Part shown: in pieces, positions 11,152 to 20,770 of the stretch | Numbering within the stretch: position 1 is the first letter of the stretch | How the letters are laid out: each line of letters begins with the position of its first letter | Origin: Candidatus Omnitrophota bacterium | GTDB lineage: Bacteria > Omnitrophota > Gorgyraeia > 2-01-FULL-45-10 | NCBI GenBank assembly: GCA_026387175.1 | Contig: JAPLME010000008.1 | Span: 77,091-141,090 of the forward strand | Reading direction: 5' to 3' | Length of the DNA stretch: 64,000 nt | The notes under the pieces: generated by a model | Database searches by the model: none | The model's input: the letters and a program-made list of their open reading frames with translations, nothing else | Told to the model about the DNA's origin: nothing | Translations under genes and position numbers: made by a program

Positions 11152-11435
11152 ATTTTTCGGCTCAAGCGTAAGTCTAGAGCCTTCGGGCACTTGCTTTCGC
11201 TCTTTACGAGCATCCCTCGCGTGGTGGTACTTCGCAGGGACGCAAAATTTCCCCTGCGAGGAAATTTTGCTCGGAAAGATCGCTCGCTCTTTTTGGCATA
11301 CAAGAATACCCGGGCCAAAAATCCGTGCCCGCTCGCGACTTTCGACGCCCTGCTTAGCACCACCCCGCGAGGGATAGCTGAGTAGCAGCGAAAGTATCGC
11401 CCGAAGGCTCTACTATTCGAGTGAGCCGAAAAATC
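11151..11435. repeat. 285-bp imperfect palindromic (long-hairpin) intergenic element, possible MITE or structured RNA
   Basis: The ends are perfect reverse complements. gatttttcggctca (11151-11164) pairs with tgagccgaaaaatc (11422-11435), and inside that tagagccttcgggc pairs with gcccgaaggctcta. Further inner arm pairs include atccctcgcg.ggtggt. The centre contains local hairpins (gcaaaatttcc...ggaaattttgc; tttttggc...gccaaaaa). Confidence 0.6.
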
Positions 11436-11528
11436 TCCTGGCGGAGTAAGTAGAGAGTGAGATTGGAGCAGTGACCTGTAATCAGGTCTAGGCAGGCGGG
11501 GGCCAGTAAAAACCTAACGAAAGAGGGC

Positions 11529-12794
11529 ATGTTATACGATATAGCGTTTTTCATATTCGCGGTGTTTTATATACCGACTTTGATATTTAAGGGGAAGCTG
11601 CATAAAGATTTCCTCGAGCGGTTCGGTGTCTACAGTGATGTCCAGAAGGAAGCTCTCTGGCGCGCGAAAGATGTTGTATGGATACAGGCGGTGAGCGTGG
11701 GAGAGGTCGCGCTCTGCAAGAGTTTTATTCCGGCGCTTAAAAAGGAATTTCCCGCAAAATCGATAGTCTTGTCCACGATAACAAGGACCGGCAATGATCT
11801 TGCGAAGAAACTTTTCTCAGGCGATGCCGTTATAATCTATTTTCCGCTCGATTACTCGTTCATAGTAAAGAGAGTCGTAAATAGGATACATCCAAAACTC
11901 TATATAATGATAGAGACCGAGATATGGCCGAATGTATTGAAGGAACTGCATTATAAACATGTGCCGGCGATTTTGATCAACGGCAGGATTTCGGACCGCT
12001 CTTTTGGAAAGTATAAACTTGTAAGAATATTTTTATCCGATACGCTCGATAGGATAAACTCATTCTGTATGCAGTCGGATATCGATGCCGAAAGGATAAG
12101 ATGCCTGGGCGCCGCGCCCGATAGAGTTAAGGTCACCGGCAATATGAAATTCGACGCGGATATTATGTTGAATAGCGCTCACGACGCGGATATTAAAGAA
12201 TTATTCGCCCTGAAAGACGGTGACGAGGTCTTCGTCGCGGGTTCGACTCACGGCGGCGAGGAGGAGACGGTGGTATCGGTATACAGGGAGCTCATAAAAG
12301 ACTTCCCGAAGCTAAAACTTGTGATAGCCCCCCGCCATATCGAAAGGGCGACTGAGGTTGAGAATATCGTAAAACGCTCCGGCCTGGACGTGGTGAGAAT
12401 GACGAAGAAGCAGGGTAGTTCTACGCCTCGCGTTTATGTTATTGACGCGATCGGCCATCTGAATGACGCCTATTCCATGGCCGAGATCGTTTTTATCGGA
12501 GGAAGCCTTATTTCTCACGGAGGGCAGAACCCTATAGAGCCGGCGCTTTTCGGGAAACCGGTGATATTCGGCCCTTATATGTTTAACTTTAAGGCCATCG
12601 CATCCGCTCTGCTGAAGAATAAAGGCGCCATCCAGGTTAAGGACCGGAAAGAGTTGCTTATGAAAGCCGATTATCTTTTGAAGAACAAAGATGCGAGGAC
12701 GGCTCTCGGCAATAATGCCAGGAACACAATATACGAAAACCGCGGCGCGGCCTCGCGGAACCTCGAAGCCGTTAAAGAGCTTGTGAATGGTTAA
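11529..12794 (+). CDS. waaA: 3-deoxy-D-manno-octulosonic acid (Kdo) transferase
   Basis: 421 aa with an N-terminal membrane anchor and the motif VWIQAVSVGE typical of KdtA/WaaA. Confidence 0.85.
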   Translation: MLYDIAFFIFAVFYIPTLIFKGKLHKDFLERFGVYSDVQKEALWRAKDVVWIQAVSVGEVALCKSFIPALKKEFPAKSIVLSTITRTGNDLAKKLFSGDAVIIYFPLDYSFIVKRVVNRIHPKLYIMIETEIWPNVLKELHYKHVPAILINGRISDRSFGKYKLVRIFLSDTLDRINSFCMQSDIDAERIRCLGAAPDRVKVTGNMKFDADIMLNSAHDADIKELFALKDGDEVFVAGSTHGGEEETVVSVYRELIKDFPKLKLVIAPRHIERATEVENIVKRSGLDVVRMTKKQGSSTPRVYVIDAIGHLNDAYSMAEIVFIGGSLISHGGQNPIEPALFGKPVIFGPYMFNFKAIASALLKNKGAIQVKDRKELLMKADYLLKNKDARTALGNNARNTIYENRGAASRNLEAVKELVNG

Positions 12795-13824
12795 GTTTAT
12801 ATATTCATTGATGACGGACAAAAGGCGCGGCGTGGTATGGGTGCCCTTTAAAGCGGCGCTATACCTGTTGTCTATTATTTATGGAATTGCTATCTTCTGT
12901 AGAAAGATATTATACGGGTTAAAAATATTTAAGGCGCACAGGGTCTCCCTTAAGGTAGTCAGCGTCGGCAACCTTACGCTCGGCGGCACCGGTAAGACGC
13001 CTTTTACGATAGCCCTCGCAGGGCTGTTGGAAGATGAGTTGCGTTCCTCGGCGGCCGTTCTGATCCGCGGTTATGGCTGGGATGAGCAGGCGCTTCTCAA
13101 GAAAAACCTGCCCGATACGCCGATACTTGTAGGAGAGGATCGCGTTAAATCGGCGCATAAAGCGATAAGGCTCTACGGCAGCCAGTTTGCCGTCCTGGAT
13201 GACGGTTTTCAGCACTGGGAGATCAAGCAGGACCTCGATATCGTGCTGGTCGATTCAAGGAACCCATTCGGGAATAATCGTCTCTTCCCGCGCGGAGTTC
13301 TTAGGGAACCCAAGAACGCTTTAAAGAGGGCACAGGTGGTAGTATTTACCAAGGTAAATAAGAAGGCCGCCGGTCTGGATATCCTCAAAGACGAGATAAA
13401 GAAGATAAACGGGGATATTATTTTTCTGGAGGCCTCTCACAGGCCCTCGCATATATATGATCCGAAGGCTCGGAAGGATCGCGGATTATCATTCGTATCC
13501 GGCAAGAGGGTGGCCTTAGTGTCCGGCATAGGCGACCCCGCGTATTTTGAAGAGACGGTGAAGGACCTCGGAGCGGTGGTCCTTGACCATATGATATTCG
13601 GCGATCATTACAATTTTAAAGAAAAAGATATAGAGCAGATTATAAAAATGTGCGGCGTGAAGACGCCCGATTTCCTGATAACGACCGAGAAGGACGCGGT
13701 GAAGTTCGCGCGTATGAGCTACTCGTTCGGAAAATACACAATGATGACGCTTGCTATCCGTATGGATATAACTAGCGGCAGGGAGCAATTAATTGATAGA
13801 CTTCGCAGCGTACGTATTAGTTAG
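12787..13824 (+). CDS. lpxK: tetraacyldisaccharide 4'-kinase
   Basis: 345 aa. It has the LpxK P-loop VSVGNLTLGGTGKTP. Confidence 0.85.
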   Translation: MVKFIYSLMTDKRRGVVWVPFKAALYLLSIIYGIAIFCRKILYGLKIFKAHRVSLKVVSVGNLTLGGTGKTPFTIALAGLLEDELRSSAAVLIRGYGWDEQALLKKNLPDTPILVGEDRVKSAHKAIRLYGSQFAVLDDGFQHWEIKQDLDIVLVDSRNPFGNNRLFPRGVLREPKNALKRAQVVVFTKVNKKAAGLDILKDEIKKINGDIIFLEASHRPSHIYDPKARKDRGLSFVSGKRVALVSGIGDPAYFEETVKDLGAVVLDHMIFGDHYNFKEKDIEQIIKMCGVKTPDFLITTEKDAVKFARMSYSFGKYTMMTLAIRMDITSGREQLIDRLRSVRIS

Positions 13825-15733
13825 GGCCTTAAACGTAATTTTCAGTGTCTTGCCCGTGAGTTTTGCCTTATGGCTCGGGCGCCGCTTAGGAATAGTTGCC
13901 TTCTGGGTCAATAAGAAGAGAAGATTGATAGCTTACGCGAATTTGAAAGCGGCGTTCGCGCATGAGAAATCTCCCCGGGAGCTTCGCGCTATAACCAAGC
14001 GTGTGTATCAGAATATGGTTCAGACTTTCATGGAAGTGTTGAACCTTACCAAAATAAATAAAAAGTATGTCGACAAATATATCGATATCGTCAACATCGA
14101 ACGCATACAAAATGCCGCGCAGTCGGGGAGAGGCACGATCCTGCTCACTGCGCATTTTGGCGACTGGGAACTCTCCAGCCTGGTGAGTTCCGCTGTCGGA
14201 TTTCCCATCGCGGTCCTTGTGCGCGAGCAGAAGATGAAACGTTTAAACGAACTGCTGAACCGTTTAAGGGAGTCGAATGGCTGTAAGGTGATAAGGAAAG
14301 GGATGGATGTAAAGAACCTCATAACGATGCTCAGAGAAAAGAAGATCGTGGGGATACTCGCCGATCAGGATGCCGGCAGGAACGGTACGCTGGTGGACTT
14401 CTTTGGCCGCCCCACATCATCTCATTCGGGATCGATGGAGATAGCGAGGCGCACAGATTCCATGGTACTGCCCGCGTTCATAGTGCGCACTAAGGGGCCG
14501 TACCATAAACTTTATCTCGAAGAATATATCGATTTCAGAAATACGCAGTCGCCGGATGCGGTAAAAGAGAATCTTCAGAAGTATATGAAGCTGCTCGAAA
14601 GATATGTGAGAGAATATCCCGATCAATGGTTGTGGCTTCATAAGAGATGGAAGTCCACGCCCGTCAGGACTGTACTGGTCCTGAGCGATGGCAAAGCGGG
14701 CCATCTCAACCAATCGCTTGCGATAGCGCGCCAGATACAGAAGGTCAGGATCACCCAGGGCTACAAAGAGGCGGACACAAGGATCGTAACCGTCGATGTT
14801 AAATATAAGAGTAAGTTTACCAGGGCAGTGCTTACCGCGGCCGCTAAATTCGCTACCTGGAGATGCCATGGCCTGATGAAGTGTATGAAGGCCTGTCTGG
14901 AGAAAGGGTCGTACGATACACTGATGAGGACATATTCAGAATATGTCGTCTCCTGCGGTTCCGTGACGGCCCCCGTAAATGTCTTTATGGCGAAGGAGAA
15001 TAACGCGGAAAATATCACAATAATGAAGCCCAGCATTATAAATTTAAGGCAATTCAGCCTTGCGATCATTCCGAAACACGATAAGCCGCCCTTAAAGAAA
15101 AATGTCGTGACGACAACGCTTGCCCCGAACCTGATAGACCGTGACAGTATGCGTGAATACGGCGCGCGGCTTAAGGATCAGGTGAATATTGAAAAGAACA
15201 TTGTGCTGGGAGCCCTGATTGGCGGCAGCAATCCTGAATTCACGATGACTAAAGATATGGCAAATAAAGCGATCTCGGGGCTTATCGAATTCTGCAAAGC
15301 CTATGACGCGGACCTTCTGCTTACGACATCACGGCGCACGCCGAAAGAAGTGGAAACGCTCATAAAGGAGAGGTTAAGCAAATACAGGTTTTGTAAGCTC
15401 ATCGTGATCGCGAATGAGAAGAATATGGAAGGAGCCGTAGCGGGTATACTAGACCTTTCGGATATAGTGACAGTCTCCGGCGAGTCGGTCTCTATGGTTT
15501 CAGAGGCGATACATTCCGGCAAGAAGGTCGTCGTCTTCGATCTCGAAAAGAATAATAAGCGTATCACAAAGTATGAACGTGTCCTGGATTCGCTGGAACG
15601 CGAGGGTTATGTTAACTGCGCGCATCCCGCGGATCTCGGGACGAGGCTCGATAAGGTCTGGAGGACCGTGCGCGCCATCAAGAAAGTCGATGACCGCGAC
15701 AGGACTATTGAGGCGGTCAAAAAATTGCTGTAA
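13793..15733 (+). CDS. fusion of lipid A lauroyl/myristoyl acyltransferase (LpxL/HtrB family) with a C-terminal ELM1/DUF1022-like GT-B-fold domain
   Basis: The N-terminal ~290 aa show the LPLAT HX4D motif (LLTAHFGDWE). The C-terminal ~350 aa begin VLVLSDGKAGHLNQSLAIA, which I recognise as the start of the Mito_fiss_Elm1/DUF1022 family. Confidence 0.6.
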   Translation: MIDFAAYVLVRALNVIFSVLPVSFALWLGRRLGIVAFWVNKKRRLIAYANLKAAFAHEKSPRELRAITKRVYQNMVQTFMEVLNLTKINKKYVDKYIDIVNIERIQNAAQSGRGTILLTAHFGDWELSSLVSSAVGFPIAVLVREQKMKRLNELLNRLRESNGCKVIRKGMDVKNLITMLREKKIVGILADQDAGRNGTLVDFFGRPTSSHSGSMEIARRTDSMVLPAFIVRTKGPYHKLYLEEYIDFRNTQSPDAVKENLQKYMKLLERYVREYPDQWLWLHKRWKSTPVRTVLVLSDGKAGHLNQSLAIARQIQKVRITQGYKEADTRIVTVDVKYKSKFTRAVLTAAAKFATWRCHGLMKCMKACLEKGSYDTLMRTYSEYVVSCGSVTAPVNVFMAKENNAENITIMKPSIINLRQFSLAIIPKHDKPPLKKNVVTTTLAPNLIDRDSMREYGARLKDQVNIEKNIVLGALIGGSNPEFTMTKDMANKAISGLIEFCKAYDADLLLTTSRRTPKEVETLIKERLSKYRFCKLIVIANEKNMEGAVAGILDLSDIVTVSGESVSMVSEAIHSGKKVVVFDLEKNNKRITKYERVLDSLEREGYVNCAHPADLGTRLDKVWRTVRAIKKVDDRDRTIEAVKKLL

Positions 15734-15772
15734 ATTTTTCAATCCACGAAGAAATAATTTGAAAACAAACTT

Positions 15773-17887
15773 ATGAATATACTGCAGATATTACCGACAC
15801 TCGATATAGGAGGGGTTGAGACGGGGACGATCGATCTGGCGCGGTATCTCGTGAAGAACGGTCATAAGGCGATCGTCGTTTCAGGCGGCGGCCGCCTTGT
15901 AAAAGAGCTGGAGGCGATCGGCTCGCGCCACTATATGCTTCCTGTGGGCAAGAAGTCGCTCTTTAACATCATCCGAATGGTCAATGAGCTTTCCGACATA
16001 ATACGCAGGGAGGATATCGACATAGTTCACGCGCGTTCGAGAGTTCCGGCCTTAATAGCGTATTTCGCATGCAAGAGAACGAACCGGGTATTGATAACGA
16101 CCGCTCACGGATATTATACAAAGCATCTAATGAGCGAGTCTATGGGGTGGGGTAAGTTCGTCATCGTCGCTTCCAACATAATGGCGAAACATATGGCCGG
16201 TCCATTCAACGTGCCGTATGACAGAATAAAACTGATACCCCGCGGCGTGGACTTGAGCCAATTCACTTTAAGGCAGGAGAAGCCCGCCGGAGCGAACGAA
16301 TTTGTGATAGGCATTGTATCGCGCATAACACCTCTTAAAGGGCACTCGGACTTCATAAAGGCCATATCGCTTATAAGGGGTCAGATACCGGGTCTTAAGG
16401 TCCTGATAGTAGGGTCCGCGCCTAAGGACAAATACAGGGAGGATATAGAACTGCTTATAAGGCAGCTTGGGCTATCGAAGACGATAGAGCTTACCGGCGC
16501 CCGCCAGGATGTGCCTAAGGTCATGAGCGGACTGGATATGCTCCTCTCCGCCACGGTTACGCCGGAGGCGTTTGGCCGCGTGATAATAGAGGCTCAGGCG
16601 ATAGGGGTGCCTGTGGTAGCGACTAATGTGGGAGGCGTCGTCGATATCGTTGAGAATGAAGAGACCGGATTACTATGCGAACCTCAGAATCCCCGCGATA
16701 TGGCGGATAAGATCCTGAAACTCTACAGAGATAACGAGCTGGCCAGGCGCATGGTTATAAAGGCCAGGAAGCGAGTGGAGGAAGATTTTAATTCCGATAA
16801 GATGATGCAGAGGACTTTGGCCGTATATGAGGAAGCGATAAAGACGCAAAACATTCTCATTATAAAGATGAGCGCCATAGGCGATGTTATATTGAGTATA
16901 CCGTCCCTGCGGGCAATACGGGCGAAATATCCGAACGCCAGGATCAAGGTTCTGACCGCCCTGTCATCCAGAGAGGTTCTTGACGGATGCCCGTATATAA
17001 ATGACCGTATAGTCTGCGATTTTAAAGAGAGGCACAAAGGAATTAAAGGATTGTGGTGGCTGGCTAGAGAGGTCCGGAAAGAGTGTTTCGAGATAGTGAT
17101 AGATCTTCAGAATAATCGCAAGAGCCATATACTGGCGTATCTGAGCCTGGCGGGTCTAAGATATGGTTATGACAATGGGAAGCTCTCGTTCCTTTTAAAT
17201 AGAAAGATAAAGAATGATGCTCCACATCTCGATCCAATAGAGCACCAGTTCAGGGCGCTTAGGATGGCTGGGGTGAAACCCGCTGATAAGCAGTTAGCTT
17301 TATGGCCTTCGGAGCGCGATAAGGCCTGGGCGAAGAAATTTCTGGAAGATAATTGGGTGAGACAGGGTCAGAATCTCATCGGTATAAATGTCAGGGCTTC
17401 TACCCGTTGGGTGAGTAAAAATTGGCCCTCCGGCCATATAGTAGAGTTATGCGATCGCTTGGCAAAAGAATATAATGTGCGCGTTATCCTTACGGGAACC
17501 GATGAGGATGTTGAGTACGCCGAAGCTATAGCAAGCTCCGCTAGGTCGAAACCCATTATATCGGCAGGCAAGACGACTGTCATGGAGCTTGCGGCGCTTA
17601 TAAAGTGCTTTAAGGTCTTTCTGACCCCTGATTCGGCTCCGATGCACATAGCGTCAGCTATGGGCACTCCTTTCGTAGCGTTATTCGGCCCGACGGACCC
17701 CGCGCGCCACGTCGCGCCTTCTGGGAACTGCGTTGTACTCTGCAAAGCCAGAGAAGTGAGATGCAGTCCGTGTTATAAATCCGAATGCCGCAAGAAAGTC
17801 ATCTGCATGCGCAAGATAACGGTGGATGATGTTCTCGAAGCCGTAAAGGTTTTTTTGCCGCGGCAAAAAGAAGGGGACGCGAAGTGA
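15773..17887 (+). CDS. fusion of a GT4 (family 1 fold) glycosyltransferase with a GT9 heptosyltransferase domain
   Basis: The N-terminal ~350 aa carry the GT4 EX7E region (EAFGRVIIEAQAIGVPVVAT). The C-terminal ~350 aa carry GT9 motifs (ILIIKMSAIGDVILSIP; DSAPMHIASAMGTPFVALFGPTDP). Confidence 0.7.
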   Translation: MNILQILPTLDIGGVETGTIDLARYLVKNGHKAIVVSGGGRLVKELEAIGSRHYMLPVGKKSLFNIIRMVNELSDIIRREDIDIVHARSRVPALIAYFACKRTNRVLITTAHGYYTKHLMSESMGWGKFVIVASNIMAKHMAGPFNVPYDRIKLIPRGVDLSQFTLRQEKPAGANEFVIGIVSRITPLKGHSDFIKAISLIRGQIPGLKVLIVGSAPKDKYREDIELLIRQLGLSKTIELTGARQDVPKVMSGLDMLLSATVTPEAFGRVIIEAQAIGVPVVATNVGGVVDIVENEETGLLCEPQNPRDMADKILKLYRDNELARRMVIKARKRVEEDFNSDKMMQRTLAVYEEAIKTQNILIIKMSAIGDVILSIPSLRAIRAKYPNARIKVLTALSSREVLDGCPYINDRIVCDFKERHKGIKGLWWLAREVRKECFEIVIDLQNNRKSHILAYLSLAGLRYGYDNGKLSFLLNRKIKNDAPHLDPIEHQFRALRMAGVKPADKQLALWPSERDKAWAKKFLEDNWVRQGQNLIGINVRASTRWVSKNWPSGHIVELCDRLAKEYNVRVILTGTDEDVEYAEAIASSARSKPIISAGKTTVMELAALIKCFKVFLTPDSAPMHIASAMGTPFVALFGPTDPARHVAPSGNCVVLCKAREVRCSPCYKSECRKKVICMRKITVDDVLEAVKVFLPRQKEGDAK

Positions 17888-18981
17888 AGGTACTGCAGGT
17901 GACAACGCACTTCAATATAGGCGGCATATCCGGGTACATACTGGCTTTGTCCAGGGCCCTTGAGGCCAAGGGGATCGAAGTGATAGTTGCCTCATCCGGT
18001 GGAGATCTTGAGAGCGGCCTGGCTGAATGCCGTATACCGCATCACCGTCTTGGAATAAGGACAAAATTTGAATTCGGCCCAAAGACGATACTGTCGGGTT
18101 TTAAGATCGCTGGAATAGTCAGGGATGAAAAGATAGACATAATACATGCGCATACACGCGTTTCGCAGGTTGCCGCGAGCTTAGCGTCGATGATTACGGG
18201 TGTGCCGTATATCACAACATGCCACGGATATTTTAAGAAAAGGGCTAGAGGCTTTCTGGATACATGGGGCCTCAAGGTTATCGCGATAAGCGATGCTGTA
18301 AGGAAACACTTGAAAGATGACCTGGGTGTCGCTGAATCAAGGATCGCTTTAATCTACAGCGGTGTCGACGAAGGACGATTTTCGCCGCGTCTTTCACAGG
18401 GTGAAATTGATATGGTGAAGAGGGCCGCAGGCTTAAGGGAGGGCCCGGTGATCGGGACTATTGGCAGGTTATCCTCCGTTAAGGGGCAGAGGTTTTTCAT
18501 TATGGCGATGAAGGATATCATTGCTGAGAGGCCCGATGCGCAAGCCCTGATAATCGGCAATGGCCCTGAAGAGGCGGTTCTGAAAGCCCTGGCTGGGTCT
18601 CTGGGGATCGACGGCTCCGTTAAATTCATAGAATCCTGCACAGGCACATATAAGTATTTGTCGATAATGGATCTCTTTGTATTTCCGTCAATAAAAGAGG
18701 GCCTTGGCATAGCGCTTCTCGAAGCGATGGCCTCGGGGAGGGCGTGTATCGCGTCTCGAACCGGCGGAATAGAGGATATAATTACAGACGGTTTTGACGG
18801 CCTCCTCGTTGACGTCGGAGACTCATCCGGTATAGCCAGCGCCGTGATACGTCTTTTGAAGGATGACGTTTTACGCAAAAAGCTGGGTGAGGAAGCCCTT
18901 GCGCTTGTCCGGAGCAAATTTACGCTCGATTCCATGGCCGATAAAGTTTCGAAATTATATAAGGAAACGGTAAAGAGATGA
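17884..18981 (+). CDS. glycosyltransferase family 4
   Basis: 365 aa with GT4 C-terminal motifs (FPSIKEGLGIALLEAMASGRACIAS). Confidence 0.75.
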   Translation: MKVLQVTTHFNIGGISGYILALSRALEAKGIEVIVASSGGDLESGLAECRIPHHRLGIRTKFEFGPKTILSGFKIAGIVRDEKIDIIHAHTRVSQVAASLASMITGVPYITTCHGYFKKRARGFLDTWGLKVIAISDAVRKHLKDDLGVAESRIALIYSGVDEGRFSPRLSQGEIDMVKRAAGLREGPVIGTIGRLSSVKGQRFFIMAMKDIIAERPDAQALIIGNGPEEAVLKALAGSLGIDGSVKFIESCTGTYKYLSIMDLFVFPSIKEGLGIALLEAMASGRACIASRTGGIEDIITDGFDGLLVDVGDSSGIASAVIRLLKDDVLRKKLGEEALALVRSKFTLDSMADKVSKLYKETVKR

Positions 18982-19754
18982 AGAAATTTCGTATAATAGC
19001 AGTTTCAGCCGTCTTCCTGATAATAGGCTCAGCCGCATTCGTGTTCATGAAGACGGCGTATGTTGTGCCGGTGCTCATGTATCACGCAATAGATTATAAT
19101 GATAAAGTGACCAAGCTGTCGGTCAGTCCCGAGAGCTTCGAAAAACAGATGAAGTTCCTGCATGAAAATAAATATAATGTCGTGACGCTCGAAAAGCTCG
19201 TCTCGTATATTAAAAATAAAGATAAAATTCCGCCGAAGACGGTAGTCATAACGCTCGACGACGGTTTTTATAATAATTACCAGTTCGCGTATCCCGTATT
19301 GAAGAAATATGATATTCCGGCAACGATATTTGTCATAGTCGAAAAGATAGGCCAGCCGGGTTGGCTCAGCTGGAAGGATATTAAAGAGATGTCCGATTCA
19401 GGGGTTATCACAATAGGAAGCCACACGCTATCGCATAAGTGGCTTACGGATCTGGGGACGAAACAGCTCAAGTCCGAGCTGTCGCTCTCGAAGGCGATGC
19501 TTGAAGAGAAGATCGGTAAACCGGTAAATGTGTTGTGCTATCCTATCGGGGCGCATAACCAAAGGGTGGAGAGAGAGGCAGGCCTGGCCGGTTATACATG
19601 CGCTGTTGCGACCAATCCAGGGCGGTTTTCACCTATTGATGACATATATTCCATAAAGCGCATAAAAGTATCCCGTACCTCTGATAACCTATTTGTGTTC
19701 TGGTTAGAGGCGAGCGGATATTATACATGGGTGAAGGAGCGCAGAGACAATTGA
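18978..19754 (+). CDS. polysaccharide deacetylase (NodB homology domain), membrane-anchored
   Basis: 258 aa with an N-terminal TM segment and the NodB motifs VVITLDDG and PATIFV. Confidence 0.75.
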   Translation: MKKFRIIAVSAVFLIIGSAAFVFMKTAYVVPVLMYHAIDYNDKVTKLSVSPESFEKQMKFLHENKYNVVTLEKLVSYIKNKDKIPPKTVVITLDDGFYNNYQFAYPVLKKYDIPATIFVIVEKIGQPGWLSWKDIKEMSDSGVITIGSHTLSHKWLTDLGTKQLKSELSLSKAMLEEKIGKPVNVLCYPIGAHNQRVEREAGLAGYTCAVATNPGRFSPIDDIYSIKRIKVSRTSDNLFVFWLEASGYYTWVKERRDN

Positions 19755-20770
19755 GTAAGCGGATACTGATAGTAAATGTCAACTGGGTCGGCGACGTGTT
19801 ATTCTCGACACCGTTTATAAGAGCCGTGCGCGAGGCGAACCCGGACGCTTATATCGCATGCCTGTTGCATCCGAGATGCAAGGAGATACTGGAATCCAAT
19901 CCCAGGCTTAATGAGATAATAGTATACGACGAGGAGGGCGCCCATAAGAGCCTTTTCGGTAAGTGGGCAATTATAAAAGAATTGAAAGAGAAGAGGTTCG
20001 ATACGGCATTCCTGCTCCATCGTTCATTCACGAAAGCCCTGCTCACATATCTGGCCGGAATAAAAGAGAGAGTAGGTTATCCGACCAAGAATAGAGGCGG
20101 TATTATCACGCATCTGGTTGAAGAGCCGTCCGAGGAACTGCACAAAGTCGAATATTTCCTGAACATCGCGCGCGCCTGCGGCATCGACGTCAAAGATTCT
20201 TCATATGAGTTCTTCGTTCAGGATCCGGACAGGAAGTACATTAAAGAATTGATGAGTCAATACGGTGTGACCGATAAAGATATAGTTGTTGTTCTCTGCC
20301 CTGCGGGAAACTGGCCCCCCAAGAGATGGCCGGTCGAGAATTTCGCGCGGCTGGGCGATGAGTTGGCGGAAAAATTCGGGGCGAAGATCGTGCTTTCCGC
20401 CTCAGAGAAGGATTTAAAGCTCGCTGAAGAGATAAAGAGTGTGATGGCGTGCAACCCGGTGATTACGGCGGGCAAGACCAACCTGAAGCAGCTCGGAGCG
20501 CTCTTGGAGCGCGCGGACCTCGTGGTGGCCAATGACACAGGCCCTATGCATATGGCAGTCGCGGTCGGCGCGAAGACGATCGCGTTATTCGGCCCGACAT
20601 CCGCGCGTCTTACGGGCCCGTATGGTAAAGGCAGTTATCGGGTCATATCCAGAAATGAATCCTGTGAAGTGCCGTGTTACGATATCAGATGCACGGATAA
20701 CGCCTGCATGTCGGCTATAAAGGTTGAAGATGTTCTTAGCGAAGCGAATGAGGCACTGGCGAAGATATGA
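19727..20770 (+). CDS. LPS heptosyltransferase (GT9)
   Basis: 347 aa. GT9 motifs RILIVNVNWVGDVLFSTP and NDTGPMHMAVAVGAKTIALFGPT. Confidence 0.75.
   Translation: MGEGAQRQLSKRILIVNVNWVGDVLFSTPFIRAVREANPDAYIACLLHPRCKEILESNPRLNEIIVYDEEGAHKSLFGKWAIIKELKEKRFDTAFLLHRSFTKALLTYLAGIKERVGYPTKNRGGIITHLVEEPSEELHKVEYFLNIARACGIDVKDSSYEFFVQDPDRKYIKELMSQYGVTDKDIVVVLCPAGNWPPKRWPVENFARLGDELAEKFGAKIVLSASEKDLKLAEEIKSVMACNPVITAGKTNLKQLGALLERADLVVANDTGPMHMAVAVGAKTIALFGPTSARLTGPYGKGSYRVISRNESCEVPCYDIRCTDNACMSAIKVEDVLSEANEALAKI

Noticed and set aside
11046-11385. Three overlapping ORFs (93-105 aa) inside the xerC/D-waaA intergenic region.
   Set aside because: They are generated by the 285-bp palindrome. The same sequence read on both strands gives mirror-image open frames. 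There is no SD and no motifs.
11436-11528. Possible SRP (4.5S) RNA. The segment caggtctaggcaggcgggggcc vaguely resembles the domain IV region caggtcaggtccgg.
   Set aside because: The conserved GGAAGGAAGCAGC helix-8 signature and the complementary strand of the helix are absent.
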